DNA of 64,000 bases from an uncultured archaeon (GCA_964389465.1 CAYMDK010000003.1:4148-68147); one strand, 5' to 3'; counted from the first letter of the stretch, positions 52,520-62,459 are shown. A program made the numbers and translations. The notes: generated from the letters alone by a model not told the origin.

Positions 52520-54036
52520 GCCAGCTCGCCGACGGCCGCCTCGACCGCGCTGGTGATGTCGGGCGAGCGCAGCAGCGGCACCAGCCGGTTGTGGTCGCGG
52601 TAGAGCGGCCGGTCCTCGTCAAGGTGCGAAACGTGCTTGCGGATTACCCTGCGTGCGGCAGCGGTGCCGGCCGCCGGCTCGTCGCCGCGCAGGTCGAGTG
52701 CCTGCGCGGCAGCCATCATTTCGATGGCGAGCACGCCGAAGCAGTTGTCGAGAATCTGCTGTGCCTTCTGCATCGTGGTCAGCCCCATCGAGACGAAATC
52801 CTCCTGGTCGGCCGCGGCGGGGATTGACTGGTTGACGGCGGGGTGCGACAGGATGCGCGCCTCGACAATCAGCGCGTCGGCGGTATACTGCGCCAGCATC
52901 ATCCCCGAGTGGAGCCCCGGCTTCTCGGCCAGGAAGGGCGGCAGCCCCGCCGAGAGCGCCGGGTTGGTGAGCCGGTTCAGCCGCCGCTCGCTCAGTACGG
53001 CAATCATGCTGAGCCCGGTCGCGACCATCTCCAGCGGCAGCGCGACCGGCGTGCCCTGGAAGTTGGCGCCCGTGAGCACCTCTTTCTCCTCGGTAAGGAA
53101 GACAGGATTGTCGCCGACGCCGTTCAGCTCGGTCTCCACTTCGCCGACACCGTGGCGCACTGCGTCGCGCAGTGCGCCCGCCACCTGCGGCGTCGAGCGC
53201 ATCGAGTAGGCGTCCTGCACCTTCTCGCCGTGCGCCGCCAGGATGGGGCTGTCTGCCATCAGCTTCCGCAAGTTGCCTGCCACTTCCTGCGCGCCGCGGA
53301 AGCCGCGCAGTTCGTGCAGTCGCGCGTCGTACGGCTTCTGGTTGGCGAGCAGCGCCTCGAGCGTCATCGCCGCGGCGATGTCGTGCAGCCTGCACCAGTG
53401 CTGCGCGTCGTGCAACAGCAGTGCCGCCCACGCCGTCAGCACGTTCGAGCCGTTAATCAGCGCCAGCCCGTCGCGAGCCTCGAGCGCCAGCGGCTCCAGC
53501 CCTGCTTTCGCCAGCGCCGCCGCGGCGTCCATGCGCTCGCCGCGGTAGAACGCCTCGCCCTCGCCCATCAGGCAGAGCGCCACCTGCGACATCGGCGCCA
53601 GGTCGCCGCACGCACCCACGGAACCTTTCTCGCACGCAACCGGCGTCACCCCCGCGTTCAGCGCGCCGACGAGCGCGTCGGTCACCGCCGGGCGCCCCCC
53701 GGAGTGGCCGTGGCAGTGGACATTGGCGCGGCCGCACATCGCGCCGCGCACGACCGCCGCCGGCAGCGGCTCGCCGATGCCGGCGGCGTGCGAATAGACC
53801 AGGAAGCGCTGGAAGTCGCGCAGCTCGTCGGGCGTCAGCGTATGCTCGGAGAACTCGCCGATGCCGGTGGTGATGCCATACATCACCTCGTGCGCGGCGA
53901 TTTTCTCTTCCAGCATGGCACGGCTGGCGGCGATACGCTTCCGCGCCGCGGGCGCCAGCGCGACGTTCGCTCCGTCGCGTGCGACCTGCGCCAGCGCCTC
54001 AATCGTGAGTGACTTGCCGTCAAGCTCGACTTTCAC
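52516..54036 (-). CDS. hutH: Histidine ammonia-lyase (aromatic amino acid lyase family) with Ala-Cys-Gly at the MIO position
   Basis: YGITTGIGEF and GSVGACGDLAPMS (canonical GSVGASGDLAPL), plus NGSN, QDAYSMR and EDFVSMG. Confidence 0.9.
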   Translation of the reverse strand: MKVELDGKSLTIEALAQVARDGANVALAPAARKRIAASRAMLEEKIAAHEVMYGITTGIGEFSEHTLTPDELRDFQRFLVYSHAAGIGEPLPAAVVRGAMCGRANVHCHGHSGGRPAVTDALVGALNAGVTPVACEKGSVGACGDLAPMSQVALCLMGEGEAFYRGERMDAAAALAKAGLEPLALEARDGLALINGSNVLTAWAALLLHDAQHWCRLHDIAAAMTLEALLANQKPYDARLHELRGFRGAQEVAGNLRKLMADSPILAAHGEKVQDAYSMRSTPQVAGALRDAVRHGVGEVETELNGVGDNPVFLTEEKEVLTGANFQGTPVALPLEMVATGLSMIAVLSERRLNRLTNPALSAGLPPFLAEKPGLHSGMMLAQYTADALIVEARILSHPAVNQSIPAAADQEDFVSMGLTTMQKAQQILDNCFGVLAIEMMAAAQALDLRGDEPAAGTAAARRVIRKHVSHLDEDRPLYRDHNRLVPLLRSPDITSAVEAAVGELA

Positions 54037-54056
54037 GCGCGGTCACCTCGCCCGGA

Positions 54057-54064
54057 TTATAAAG
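54057..54064. promoter_or_regulatory. TATA box between divergent hutH and TPR genes
   Basis: ttataaag (near-palindromic) lies 21-28 nt upstream of the hutH ATG 54036 (leaderless geometry) and about 50 nt upstream of GTG 54110. Confidence 0.45.
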
Positions 54065-54109
54065 CGCTGTTCGGGGCAGCGGATTTTAACTGCCCCTCGC
54101 TGGCGGCCC

Positions 54110-55231
54110 GTGCCTATCGACGACAGCAACCATGCCGACGAGCTGCGCGTGGAAGGGCTGGCCGAGCTCAAGCTGGGCCACTACCGCCGCGCCCGCCGCA
54201 CGCTCGAGAAGGCACTGGCCGCCAAGCCGGGAAGCAAGCGGCTGCGACACGACCTCGGCAAGGTGCACCTCGCGGCGGGGCAGCCGGAAGCGGCGCTGGC
54301 GGAGCTCGACCAGATTCCCGATGCGGTCTCGCACTCGGAAATCATGTGGAAGGACCGCGCGCTGGCGCAGTTGCTGCTCGGCAACCCCGCCGAAGCGCTG
54401 GCGTGCGCCGAGCGGTCGCTCGAGCAGAAGCCGCGCTACATTGCTGCGCACGTCCTGAAGGCGCGTGCGCAGCAGGCGCTCGGCGACGGCGAAGGTGCGC
54501 TGGCGACGCTCGATGCGGTTGCTCGCGGGAAACCGGACCGCGAGCTGCTCTACCGTCGCGGCAAGCTACTCCACGCAATGGGGCGCTACAACGACGCTTT
54601 GCAGGATTTCGACGCCATCCTCGAACGGCGGCCGCGCGATACGGCGGCGCTCGAGGCGAAGGGGCTGGCGCACGACCAGCTCGACGAGCCGGGCGCGGCG
54701 GCGGAGGCGCTGCAGCAGAGCCTCGAGGCAGAGGATGAAGTCGTCTACAACGACCGCGGCGTCGCGCTCTCGCGGCTGGGCTACAACCACCGCGCCATCG
54801 AGAGCTACCGACGCGCGCTGGCGGCCAATCCGCGCTACGCCACCTGCTGGTTCAATCTTGGCAAGGCGCTATTCCGCGTCGGCAATCTCAAGGAGGCGCT
54901 GCAGGCGTTCACCCGCGCGACCGAACTCGACCCGCGCAACCGCTCGGCGTGGAACAACCGCGGCGTGACGCTACGGCAGCTCAACCGCATCGAGGAGACC
55001 ATCCCGTGCTACGAGCGCGCCATCGAGCTGAAGGAGGATTACGCCTGGGCGTGGCACAACAAGGGCTACGCGCTCGAGCTGCTCGACCGCCCCCGTGAGG
55101 CGCTCGAATGCTACCGGAACACGCTGGTGCACGAGTCGGGTCACGAACACCACGACGGCTCCGAGTGGGAACAGCTGCTCAAAGACACCGAAAAGGCTAT
55201 CGCGCGCATCGAGCTGATACTCGAGAAGTAG
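54110..55231 (+). CDS. TPR-repeat protein
   Basis: ORF 53861..55231 trimmed to the first in-frame GTG beyond the antisense overlap with hutH. Multiple 34-aa TPR units (for example AWNNRGVTLRQLNRIEETIPCYERAIELKEDY). Confidence 0.7.
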   Translation: MPIDDSNHADELRVEGLAELKLGHYRRARRTLEKALAAKPGSKRLRHDLGKVHLAAGQPEAALAELDQIPDAVSHSEIMWKDRALAQLLLGNPAEALACAERSLEQKPRYIAAHVLKARAQQALGDGEGALATLDAVARGKPDRELLYRRGKLLHAMGRYNDALQDFDAILERRPRDTAALEAKGLAHDQLDEPGAAAEALQQSLEAEDEVVYNDRGVALSRLGYNHRAIESYRRALAANPRYATCWFNLGKALFRVGNLKEALQAFTRATELDPRNRSAWNNRGVTLRQLNRIEETIPCYERAIELKEDYAWAWHNKGYALELLDRPREALECYRNTLVHESGHEHHDGSEWEQLLKDTEKAIARIELILEK

Positions 55232-56959
55232 ATGGCTGACGTCGCGGAGCTGGTCGAACAGGGCGAGGCACTGGTGCGCGAGGGGAAGCTCCGCAAGGCA
55301 ATCAGCTGCTTCCGCCGGGCGGTGGACCTGGCGCCGGAGGACCCTTCGCTCCACAACAGCATCGGCATGGCCGAGATGGCGCGCCGCAACCCCGGGCGGG
55401 CGTTGCGCGCCTACCAGCAGGCGTGCGAGCTGGCGCCCGACATCGCGCGCTACCACGTGCGCCGCGGCGACGCGCTACAGCGGCTCGAGCGCTTCGCGCA
55501 GGCAGTCGAGGCGTACGCGCGAGCGCTGGAGCTGGAGCCGCGCAATGCACCGGCGTGGAACAACCGCGGTTTCGCCAACTTCATGCAGGACCGCTGGAAC
55601 GAGGCGCTGCGCTGCTACGACGAGGCGATGCGCGCCGATCCGACCTACGCGGTGGCGTGGTACAACTATGGCTACACGCTGCAGCTCTCGGGGCGGCTGG
55701 AGGACGCCAAGGATTACTACCAGCGCGCAGTGGAACTGGACCCGCGTGACAAGATTGCGTGGAACAATCTCGCCAACGTCCAGTATAACCAGGGCGAATA
55801 CGAATTATCCATCGAGTTATACCAGAAGTCGCTTGATATCGACCCGGAATACGTCATTGCCGTCAACAACATCGGCAATGCCCTGGACCACCTGCACCGC
55901 TACGAGGAGGCCATCGAGTACCACGAGCTGTCGCTCGAGCTTGACCCGACTTTCCACTACGCCTGGATGGCCAAGGGCCGCGCGCTGGCGCGGCTCGGCC
56001 GCCCCGAAGAGGGGCTTGAATTCCTGGAAACGGCGCTCGAGCTCGAGGACGGGGACCCCGACTACCACGAGGCGCTGGCGCGCTGCCTGCTGGCGCTTGG
56101 CCGTCCCGACGAGGCGCGGCGCATCTTGAATCTTGGCTTAGCGGCTGATGGCCAGCACGTTCTCTGCTGGGTCGCGCTGGGCGACAGCAGCCGCGACCGC
56201 GGCGAGACCCGGCATGCGCTGCAGTGCTATGACGAGGCGGTGCGCGCGATGGACAACCAGGCGCGCAACCGCATGCGCGACCTGGACTGGATTGAGAAAG
56301 GCAAAATACTGGTCAACGCCGGGATGTCGGGCGAGGCGGAGCGACAGTATACCAACGCGCTGGTCGCGCATCCCGAGTCGGCGCGCGCGCGCTTCCGGCT
56401 GGCGGAGTCGCTGCTCGAGCTGGACCGCAACGAGCAGGCGCTGCCGCTCATCGAAAACGCGCTCGAGCTGCAGCCCGGCTCGCGCGCTGGCCGGCTGCTG
56501 CTGGCGCGTGCACAGGAGTGGGCCGCAGCGCGAAAAACGCTCGCTGAATTACAGGCAGAGTTTCCCGACGACGAGAATATAAAACGCCAGCTGGGGCTGC
56601 ATCTTGCCCCGCACGAGCCGGAAGCGGCGCTGGAGCACCTGTCGCTCGACGACCCCGCTGCGGCACTGGCGTGCTGTGGCTGTCTGCGCGCGCTCGACCG
56701 CAGCCGCGAAGCACAGGCTGCGGCCGAAGCCGCGACGGCGCTCGCGCCGTCACGGCTCGAAGCGTGGCTGGCGCTGGGCTGGAGCGCGCTCGAAGCAGGT
56801 GCCCCGAAGCGTGCCGCCGAAGCGTTCGACGGCGCGCTCGGCTGCGGGGAAGCCGACCCGGAAGCGCTGGCGGGCAAGGCGGCCGCGCTCGAAGCGCTCG
56901 GCAAGCCGGCCGACGAATTGCGGCGGCTGTTAGCGGAAACGGAGCCGGAACTGGCCTAG
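55232..56959 (+). CDS. TPR-repeat protein
   Basis: At least 12 TPR units (AWNNRGFANFMQDRWNEALRCYDEAMRADPTY and others). The ATG immediately follows the preceding stop. Confidence 0.8.
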   Translation: MADVAELVEQGEALVREGKLRKAISCFRRAVDLAPEDPSLHNSIGMAEMARRNPGRALRAYQQACELAPDIARYHVRRGDALQRLERFAQAVEAYARALELEPRNAPAWNNRGFANFMQDRWNEALRCYDEAMRADPTYAVAWYNYGYTLQLSGRLEDAKDYYQRAVELDPRDKIAWNNLANVQYNQGEYELSIELYQKSLDIDPEYVIAVNNIGNALDHLHRYEEAIEYHELSLELDPTFHYAWMAKGRALARLGRPEEGLEFLETALELEDGDPDYHEALARCLLALGRPDEARRILNLGLAADGQHVLCWVALGDSSRDRGETRHALQCYDEAVRAMDNQARNRMRDLDWIEKGKILVNAGMSGEAERQYTNALVAHPESARARFRLAESLLELDRNEQALPLIENALELQPGSRAGRLLLARAQEWAAARKTLAELQAEFPDDENIKRQLGLHLAPHEPEAALEHLSLDDPAAALACCGCLRALDRSREAQAAAEAATALAPSRLEAWLALGWSALEAGAPKRAAEAFDGALGCGEADPEALAGKAAALEALGKPADELRRLLAETEPELA

Positions 56960-58077
56960 TGCGAGATGGCGGCTTCCAGTACCTGCTCGACCTTCTCGGC
57001 GACGCGCGGCCATGCGAATTCGTGTTCGGCGCGTTCGCGTCCGCGGGCGCCCATCTGCCGCGCCCGTTCCGGATAGTCCCAGATGTCCTCCAGCGCCCCG
57101 GCCAGCGCGACGGGGTCGAGCGGCTCGACGATGTGCCCCTCCTCGCCGGTGATGACGTCGCGCACGCCGGGGATGTCGCTCAACACGAGCGGCTTGCCCG
57201 ATGCCATGCCTTCAAGGCCGACGATACCGAACGCCTCGAGCCGCGACGTCGACGGCAGCACGACGGTATCGCAGGCGGCGTAGTAGGCGGGCAGCCCCGC
57301 GTCGCCGATGGGGCCGGCGAAGACCACCCGCTCCCCAAGCCCCTTGCTACGCACCAGCCCCTCGAGCCAGCCGCGGTAGGGGCCATCGCCCACCACCACC
57401 AGCCGTCCCCGCTCGAGCCGCGACAGCGCGCGAACCAGAATGTCTACCCCCTTGTGCGGCACCAGCCGTCCCACGAAGAGCACCAGCGGCTCGCCTGCGG
57501 GCGATAGCCGGTTGCGGATATGCTCGCCGTTGTTCGAAGGGTGGAAGCGGTCGGTGTCGACCGCGTTCGGCACCACCTCCACCTCCCGGTTCCAGAGCGC
57601 GCGCGATGTGGCGGCGTAGCTCTCGGTCGTCGAGATGATGCGCTTCGCGGCCTGCAGCGGCCGCTGCCCGGCATAGCGCTGGTAGCTGCGCACCATCAGC
57701 GAGCCGAGCCGGCCGCGCAATTCCAGGTCGCAGTGGTAGGTGATGACCAGCGGCTTCCCCGCGCGCGCTGCGCCACGCGCGGCGAACAGTTCGGTGAAGG
57801 GGGGCGGCGAGTGGACATGCACCACGTCCGCTTCGGTCGCGGCGACATGCCCGCCGAAACCGGGGGCGACAGGGGTGTTGAACAGGTTCAGCCACTGCGT
57901 CACCCGGTTCACCGGCAGGCCGCGCACCGTCTCCCGCTCGGGCATGCGCGCGTAGCGTGCGGTGAGCACCTCGACGGTGTGGCCGCGCTGCTGCAGGTGC
58001 ATCGACAGCCCCAGCACGTGCGACTCGACGCCGCCGTAGTGGGGGTGGAAGTAGGGCGTTACTTCGAGAATCCGCAT
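56956..58077 (-). CDS. Glycosyltransferase family 4
   Basis: MRILEVTPYFHPHYGGVESHV... and the C-terminal EAFGIVGLEGMASGKPLV (E(x7)E) motif. Confidence 0.85.
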   Translation of the reverse strand: MRILEVTPYFHPHYGGVESHVLGLSMHLQQRGHTVEVLTARYARMPERETVRGLPVNRVTQWLNLFNTPVAPGFGGHVAATEADVVHVHSPPPFTELFAARGAARAGKPLVITYHCDLELRGRLGSLMVRSYQRYAGQRPLQAAKRIISTTESYAATSRALWNREVEVVPNAVDTDRFHPSNNGEHIRNRLSPAGEPLVLFVGRLVPHKGVDILVRALSRLERGRLVVVGDGPYRGWLEGLVRSKGLGERVVFAGPIGDAGLPAYYAACDTVVLPSTSRLEAFGIVGLEGMASGKPLVLSDIPGVRDVITGEEGHIVEPLDPVALAGALEDIWDYPERARQMGARGRERAEHEFAWPRVAEKVEQVLEAAISH

Positions 58078-59291
58078 CAGAGTATCCGGGAGCCGGCCGC
58101 CCAGCTGCCGGAGACGACGCGTCCGGGGCCGACAATCGTTCCTTCACCCAGGATGGTGCCGACGTTTAGCGAAGCATTGATGCCAGTCTTCACGTCGTCA
58201 CCCAGGATGACTCCCAGCTTGCGCAGCCCGCTGTCAACCCGCTCGCCCCGGATGATTGCGTAGATGTTGGCGCCGTCGTGCCGCAGGTTGGCAACCTTGG
58301 TCCCCGAGCCAAGGTTGCAGTTACGCCCCAGGATAGAATCACCGACGTAATTGTGGTGCGGAGCCTTCGCGCCCGCCATCAGGATTGAATTCTTCACTTC
58401 CGAAGCAGCGCCCACTTTTGCCCCGGCACCGAGCATGGTCGCGCCGCGGATGCTGGCGTTCGGCCCGACGGTCGCGCCGGGGCCGACCCATACCGGGCCT
58501 TCGATGCGGCTGCCCGCCTTGACCATCGCGCCGGTGGCGACGTGCACCGCTCCCTCCAGCACCGCGCCTTCCTCGACGGTGCCCTCGATGGATGGCTCCA
58601 TCCGCGCGAGTAGCAGCGCGTTCGCCGTCAGCAGGTCCCACGGCCGCCCCAGGTCGAGCCAGTCGCCCTCAACATCGACGACGGCAACGTCCGGCGCGAC
58701 CGCCTCCAGTGCGGTCGTCAGCTCGTATTCGCCGCGCGGCGACCGCTCCAGCGCATCCAGTGCGGCGAAGATGGAAGGCGCGAAGCGGTAGATGCCGGCG
58801 TTGGCCTTGCCCGGTCCCTCAGCGTCTTTCTCGACGATGCCCGCCAGTTTTCCCTTGCGCGCCTTGACCAGTCCGTAGCTGCTGCAGTCGGTGACCTGCG
58901 CGACCGCCATGGCGTGCTCGCCCTCGGCTGCGGCGAGCGCCCGTAGCGTCCCGGCCGTGACGAGCGTGTCGCCATTCAGGCAGAAGATATCGCCATCCAG
59001 TTTCCCGGCCGCCTGCGCCACTGCATGGCCGGTGCCGAGCTGTTCTTCCTGCACCAGAAATTCCAGCGCCAGCCCGAAGCGCTGTCCGTCGCCGAGCGCT
59101 TCGTGTACTTCGCGCATGCGGTAGCCCACCAGCACCGCTACGCGCTTGACTCCAACTTCGGCCAGCGCGCGCAGCTGGTGCTCCAGAAACGGGGCGCCGC
59201 CGGCCGGCAGCAGCGGCTTCGGCAGCCGCGCCGTCAGCGGACGCATGCGGGTGCCCCGACCCGCCGCCAGGATGAGCGCCAGTTCAGCCAA
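58077..59291 (-). CDS. Bifunctional sugar-1-phosphate nucleotidylyltransferase/acetyltransferase (archaeal GlmU-like)
   Basis: LILAAGRGTRMRPLT..PKPLLP at the N-terminus. The C-terminal half is left-handed beta-helix hexapeptide repeats. Confidence 0.85.
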   Translation of the reverse strand: MAELALILAAGRGTRMRPLTARLPKPLLPAGGAPFLEHQLRALAEVGVKRVAVLVGYRMREVHEALGDGQRFGLALEFLVQEEQLGTGHAVAQAAGKLDGDIFCLNGDTLVTAGTLRALAAAEGEHAMAVAQVTDCSSYGLVKARKGKLAGIVEKDAEGPGKANAGIYRFAPSIFAALDALERSPRGEYELTTALEAVAPDVAVVDVEGDWLDLGRPWDLLTANALLLARMEPSIEGTVEEGAVLEGAVHVATGAMVKAGSRIEGPVWVGPGATVGPNASIRGATMLGAGAKVGAASEVKNSILMAGAKAPHHNYVGDSILGRNCNLGSGTKVANLRHDGANIYAIIRGERVDSGLRKLGVILGDDVKTGINASLNVGTILGEGTIVGPGRVVSGSWAAGSRIL

Positions 59292-61005
59292 GGAATTCCT
59301 CCAGCTTCACTCGCAGCCGTTCGTTCACGAGCGCGCCGTCAACCCGGCCGCGGAACTCGCCCATCACGGCTCCCATCAACGGTCCCACCGCCTCCATTCC
59401 GCGCTGCTGCACAAAGTCCTTGCGCTCTGTGAGCAACTGTTCGATAAACGCATCCAGCTCGCCCGCACCGCTCACTGCCTGTTCCGGCAGCGTTTCGCCG
59501 CGCGCTAGCGCCGCGAGTGCGTCATCGACGCCCTCCTTCACCAGTTTGCCATCAGCGACCGCCGCGAGCAACTCTCCGAGCGCCGCCCCGCTGGGCGCCG
59601 GCAGTCCCGCCTTGCGCAGCTCGGGCAGCTGGTGCAGCAGCAGTCGCGCCACCGCCTTGGGCGGGCCGCCCGCTGCGACGAGCGAGTGGAAGCGCGCGTC
59701 CAGACTGGCGCGCACCAGCTGCTCCGCCTGCTGCGCGCCGAGCGGCAACGCCGCGGTGCGCTCTGCGAGCGTCGGCGGCAGTTCGACCGCGTTCCCGGCC
59801 AGCGGCAGCGGTGGAATATCGGTCTCGGGATACATACGCGCCGCGCCCGGCATGGGGCGCAGGTAACGGCTGTCGCCCTCGGCCAGCACGCGTCGGACCT
59901 CGTGCGGCACGCCGCCCTGCCGCGCACGGTCGCAGGCGCGCTCCAGCGCCGCCGTGGCAACTCTTTTTTTCTCGAAGACCAGTATAAAAGCGTCCGCTTC
60001 CCCGCAACCGAGCTCCGCGGCGACCGCCGCCGCCTCGTCAGCCGAGACGCCCTGCGCCGGCAGTTCGTCGCTATGCAGCAGCCCCGCCACGCCGGCGCGA
60101 CGCGCGTGGTCCGCCAGCTCGCGCCCCAGCCGCGGATGGCCTGCCGGGGATTCGGGCGAGCCGAGCAGGCCGGCCCAGCCCGGCAGCCGGCAGCCCCACG
60201 CCTCGCGCGGCTTCTGCAACAGCGCCGTAATTTCCGTGGCGGGGCCGGGCTCGCACGCCTCGATGGCGGCGAGCGTTGCTTGTCGTTCCATCTCGCGCTC
60301 GACGACCTGCGGCATTGTTCCGAGGTCCTGGAAACCTTTCAGCTCGACCCGCACCCCCTGGGGAATCGAGACGTTCAAATCCTGTCTTATGGTCCCGAGT
60401 CCGCGCCGGACGCGGCAGGCGCGCAGCAGTTGCCCCAGCGCGCGCGCCGCCGCCTGCACCGCCTCGGGAGTGTGGAGCTGCGGCGCGGTCGAAATCTCGA
60501 GCAGCGGCACCCCCAGCCGGTCTAGCAGGAATTCATCGTTGCCGTCACCGCGCCGGCAGGAGTCCTCCTCCAGGCAGAGCTGCTCGATGTCGACGCTGCC
60601 GCCGTCGTAGTCGAGCCGGCCGCCAGTGGCGACCAGTGCGGTGCGCTGGAAGCCGGTGGTATTGGAGCCGTCGACGACCACCTTGCGCATGAAATGCACC
60701 TCCTCGAGCGGCTGCGCGCCGAGCAGTCCGGCGACCTGCAGTGCGACCTCGACCGCCTCCGGGTTGGGGCCGCGCGGCGGCTCCTCGTCCGCCTCGACCA
60801 GACAGTTGCCGTTACCCTGATGGTAGCCGAAATCACGCACGTTTTCGGCCGCGGCTGCCGCGTCGACCTGCCCCATCTCGCTGGCGGTCGCGTGCAGCTG
60901 CCGGCTGAAGCCGGGGTCGGGGCTGCCGTCGGCGGCGGGGCAGCTGCAGAAGAGCTTGCCGCAGTCGAGCTGCTGGTGCACCTCGAGCCCTGCCGTCAGC
61001 GTCAC
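59284..61005 (-). CDS. gatE: Glutamyl-tRNA(Gln) amidotransferase subunit E
   Basis: GLEVHQQLD.GKLFCSCP, CLVEADEEPP, GFQRTALVATGG and a C-terminal GatB/YqeY-like tail. GTG start overlaps the upstream stop. Confidence 0.9.
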   Translation of the reverse strand: MTLTAGLEVHQQLDCGKLFCSCPAADGSPDPGFSRQLHATASEMGQVDAAAAAENVRDFGYHQGNGNCLVEADEEPPRGPNPEAVEVALQVAGLLGAQPLEEVHFMRKVVVDGSNTTGFQRTALVATGGRLDYDGGSVDIEQLCLEEDSCRRGDGNDEFLLDRLGVPLLEISTAPQLHTPEAVQAAARALGQLLRACRVRRGLGTIRQDLNVSIPQGVRVELKGFQDLGTMPQVVEREMERQATLAAIEACEPGPATEITALLQKPREAWGCRLPGWAGLLGSPESPAGHPRLGRELADHARRAGVAGLLHSDELPAQGVSADEAAAVAAELGCGEADAFILVFEKKRVATAALERACDRARQGGVPHEVRRVLAEGDSRYLRPMPGAARMYPETDIPPLPLAGNAVELPPTLAERTAALPLGAQQAEQLVRASLDARFHSLVAAGGPPKAVARLLLHQLPELRKAGLPAPSGAALGELLAAVADGKLVKEGVDDALAALARGETLPEQAVSGAGELDAFIEQLLTERKDFVQQRGMEAVGPLMGAVMGEFRGRVDGALVNERLRVKLEEFLG

Positions 61006-61964
61006 GGTGGCGGATGCTCGCCCGTTTTAAAGGAAAAGGCGTGTTTCTGTCGCTGCAGCAGCACCAGCGCGGTGAACCCGAGCAGCGGCCCCACCAGCAG
61101 GAAGCCAAGCGCGAGCGCGCTGAAGAGCGCTCCCAGCTGCGCCGCCAGGAATGAAGTGCGCTGCCACGCGGCCCACGCGCCGCCGAGCCCGATGAGCGAG
61201 AAGGCGAGCATCAGGAACGGGCACCAGGCGAACATCGAGCGCCAGAGCCCCTGCACCGGCTGTTCTTGCTCCGTGGCGCTGCCTTCGCCCTCGAGCAGCG
61301 TGAAGCTGAACAGGTTCACGCCGGCGGTGGGTTCCATGTCAGGGTCCTGCTCGGGGACGAACACCTCGCTGGTGGCGTTGCGATGCCCCCTCGCGGCGAC
61401 CTCGAGCGTGCGCATGCCGCTGCTGACGACCGTCGTGTAGGTTCCCGGCGCGCTCGCCGTAAGGTTGGCGAGCACGTCGTCGACCAGCAGCGTCACGTTG
61501 GCGAGCGGCCCGGTGGTGTTGGCGACTTCGACCGTGATGCGAACCTGCTGCCGCCCGTCATATTCCTCGGGCATGACATGGATGCCCCAGGCGGTCGCCA
61601 GCCCGGTGAGCGACGCCGCCAGGATTAGCAGCGCAATCGCAAGCGTCCCGCCCGCCGTCGGTTGCGCGCGCAGCGGCGGCCCGCGGTAGGGGGGGTAATC
61701 GTTCGGGACCGCCGGCGGCGCGGTGTCTGTAGCGGGCGCGCCCGGCGAGTCACCAGCCGCGCCCGGTCGCCGTGCGGGGGGGCGCCGCGTCCCGGCTGGC
61801 GCTGCGGGGCCGGCGGGGACGACCTTCACTGCATCTCCATCCGGCAGGAACTCGAGCGCGCTGTGGCATTCGCGGCAGCTGCTGGTCGCGCTGGCGTCAC
61901 CGTCGGGCAGGAGGATGGACTGCTCACCCTGACAGACTGGGCATTCGAAGGCGTGGCGGTGCAT
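61002..61964 (-). CDS. Membrane protein with N-terminal zinc ribbon, Pro-rich linker, extracytoplasmic beta-domain and C-terminal TM bundle
   Basis: Zinc ribbon CPVCQGE...CRECH. TM TLAIALLILAASLTGLATAW, then three C-terminal TM helices. First gene of the gatE operon. Confidence 0.55.
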   Translation of the reverse strand: MHRHAFECPVCQGEQSILLPDGDASATSSCRECHSALEFLPDGDAVKVVPAGPAAPAGTRRPPARRPGAAGDSPGAPATDTAPPAVPNDYPPYRGPPLRAQPTAGGTLAIALLILAASLTGLATAWGIHVMPEEYDGRQQVRITVEVANTTGPLANVTLLVDDVLANLTASAPGTYTTVVSSGMRTLEVAARGHRNATSEVFVPEQDPDMEPTAGVNLFSFTLLEGEGSATEQEQPVQGLWRSMFAWCPFLMLAFSLIGLGGAWAAWQRTSFLAAQLGALFSALALGFLLVGPLLGFTALVLLQRQKHAFSFKTGEHPPP

Positions 61965-62411
61965 CTACGCCACTTCGGGGCCGGCCGTCGAGCCCCGGGC
62001 TTCGCCCTTGCCTTTCTGGAACTTGACCTGTGGCACCTCGACTTTGACCGGCGGCGGCAGGCCGAGCTTGCGCGCCAGCACGAAAACCTCGAACGAGCCC
62101 TGCGACAGGACCGCGTTGTGCACCTCCTCGGCGGCGCCGTCGGGCATCTTGTGCTCGCGCTCCCAGAGCTTCTGCACTTCCCGCGCGCTCCCGCCGTCGC
62201 CGCTGGCGTAGCTGACTTCGCCGTCGAGCTGAATCATTCCCAGTCCGCCGTAGGTTACGGTGTAGCGATATTCGACCGTCGCGCGCTCCTTGTCTGTGGC
62301 GCGAATCGAGAGCACGGTGGTGTTGTGGTCAATGCGCACCTGCTGCGGCCGCCCGCTGCGGCGATGGCGTCGCGCCTCGATGCCTGTGATGCGGAAGCCG
62401 CTGACGCCCAT
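61965..62411 (-). CDS. Hypothetical soluble protein
   Basis: 148-aa ORF with an ATG start. Its stop abuts the start of the next gene. A TATA-like gattaaac lies 20-27 nt upstream. No family recognised. Confidence 0.5.
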   Translation of the reverse strand: MGVSGFRITGIEARRHRRSGRPQQVRIDHNTTVLSIRATDKERATVEYRYTVTYGGLGMIQLDGEVSYASGDGGSAREVQKLWEREHKMPDGAAEEVHNAVLSQGSFEVFVLARKLGLPPPVKVEVPQVKFQKGKGEARGSTAGPEVA

Positions 62412-62430
62412 GCGGCCGCCACCAGCGCCG

Positions 62431-62438
62431 GTTTAATC
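62431..62438 (-). promoter_or_regulatory. TATA box candidate for 61965..62411
   Basis: The minus strand reads gattaaac, 20-27 nt upstream of ATG 62411. Confidence 0.3.
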
Positions 62439-62459
62439 ACCTTTGCGCCGGCGGCCACC

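Noticed and set aside
53861-54109. The 5' extension of the TPR ORF (start at 53861 in the ORF track).
   Set aside because: This part is antisense to the strongly supported hutH gene and encodes low-complexity sequence. The first in-frame start outside hutH is GTG 54110, downstream of a TATA box.
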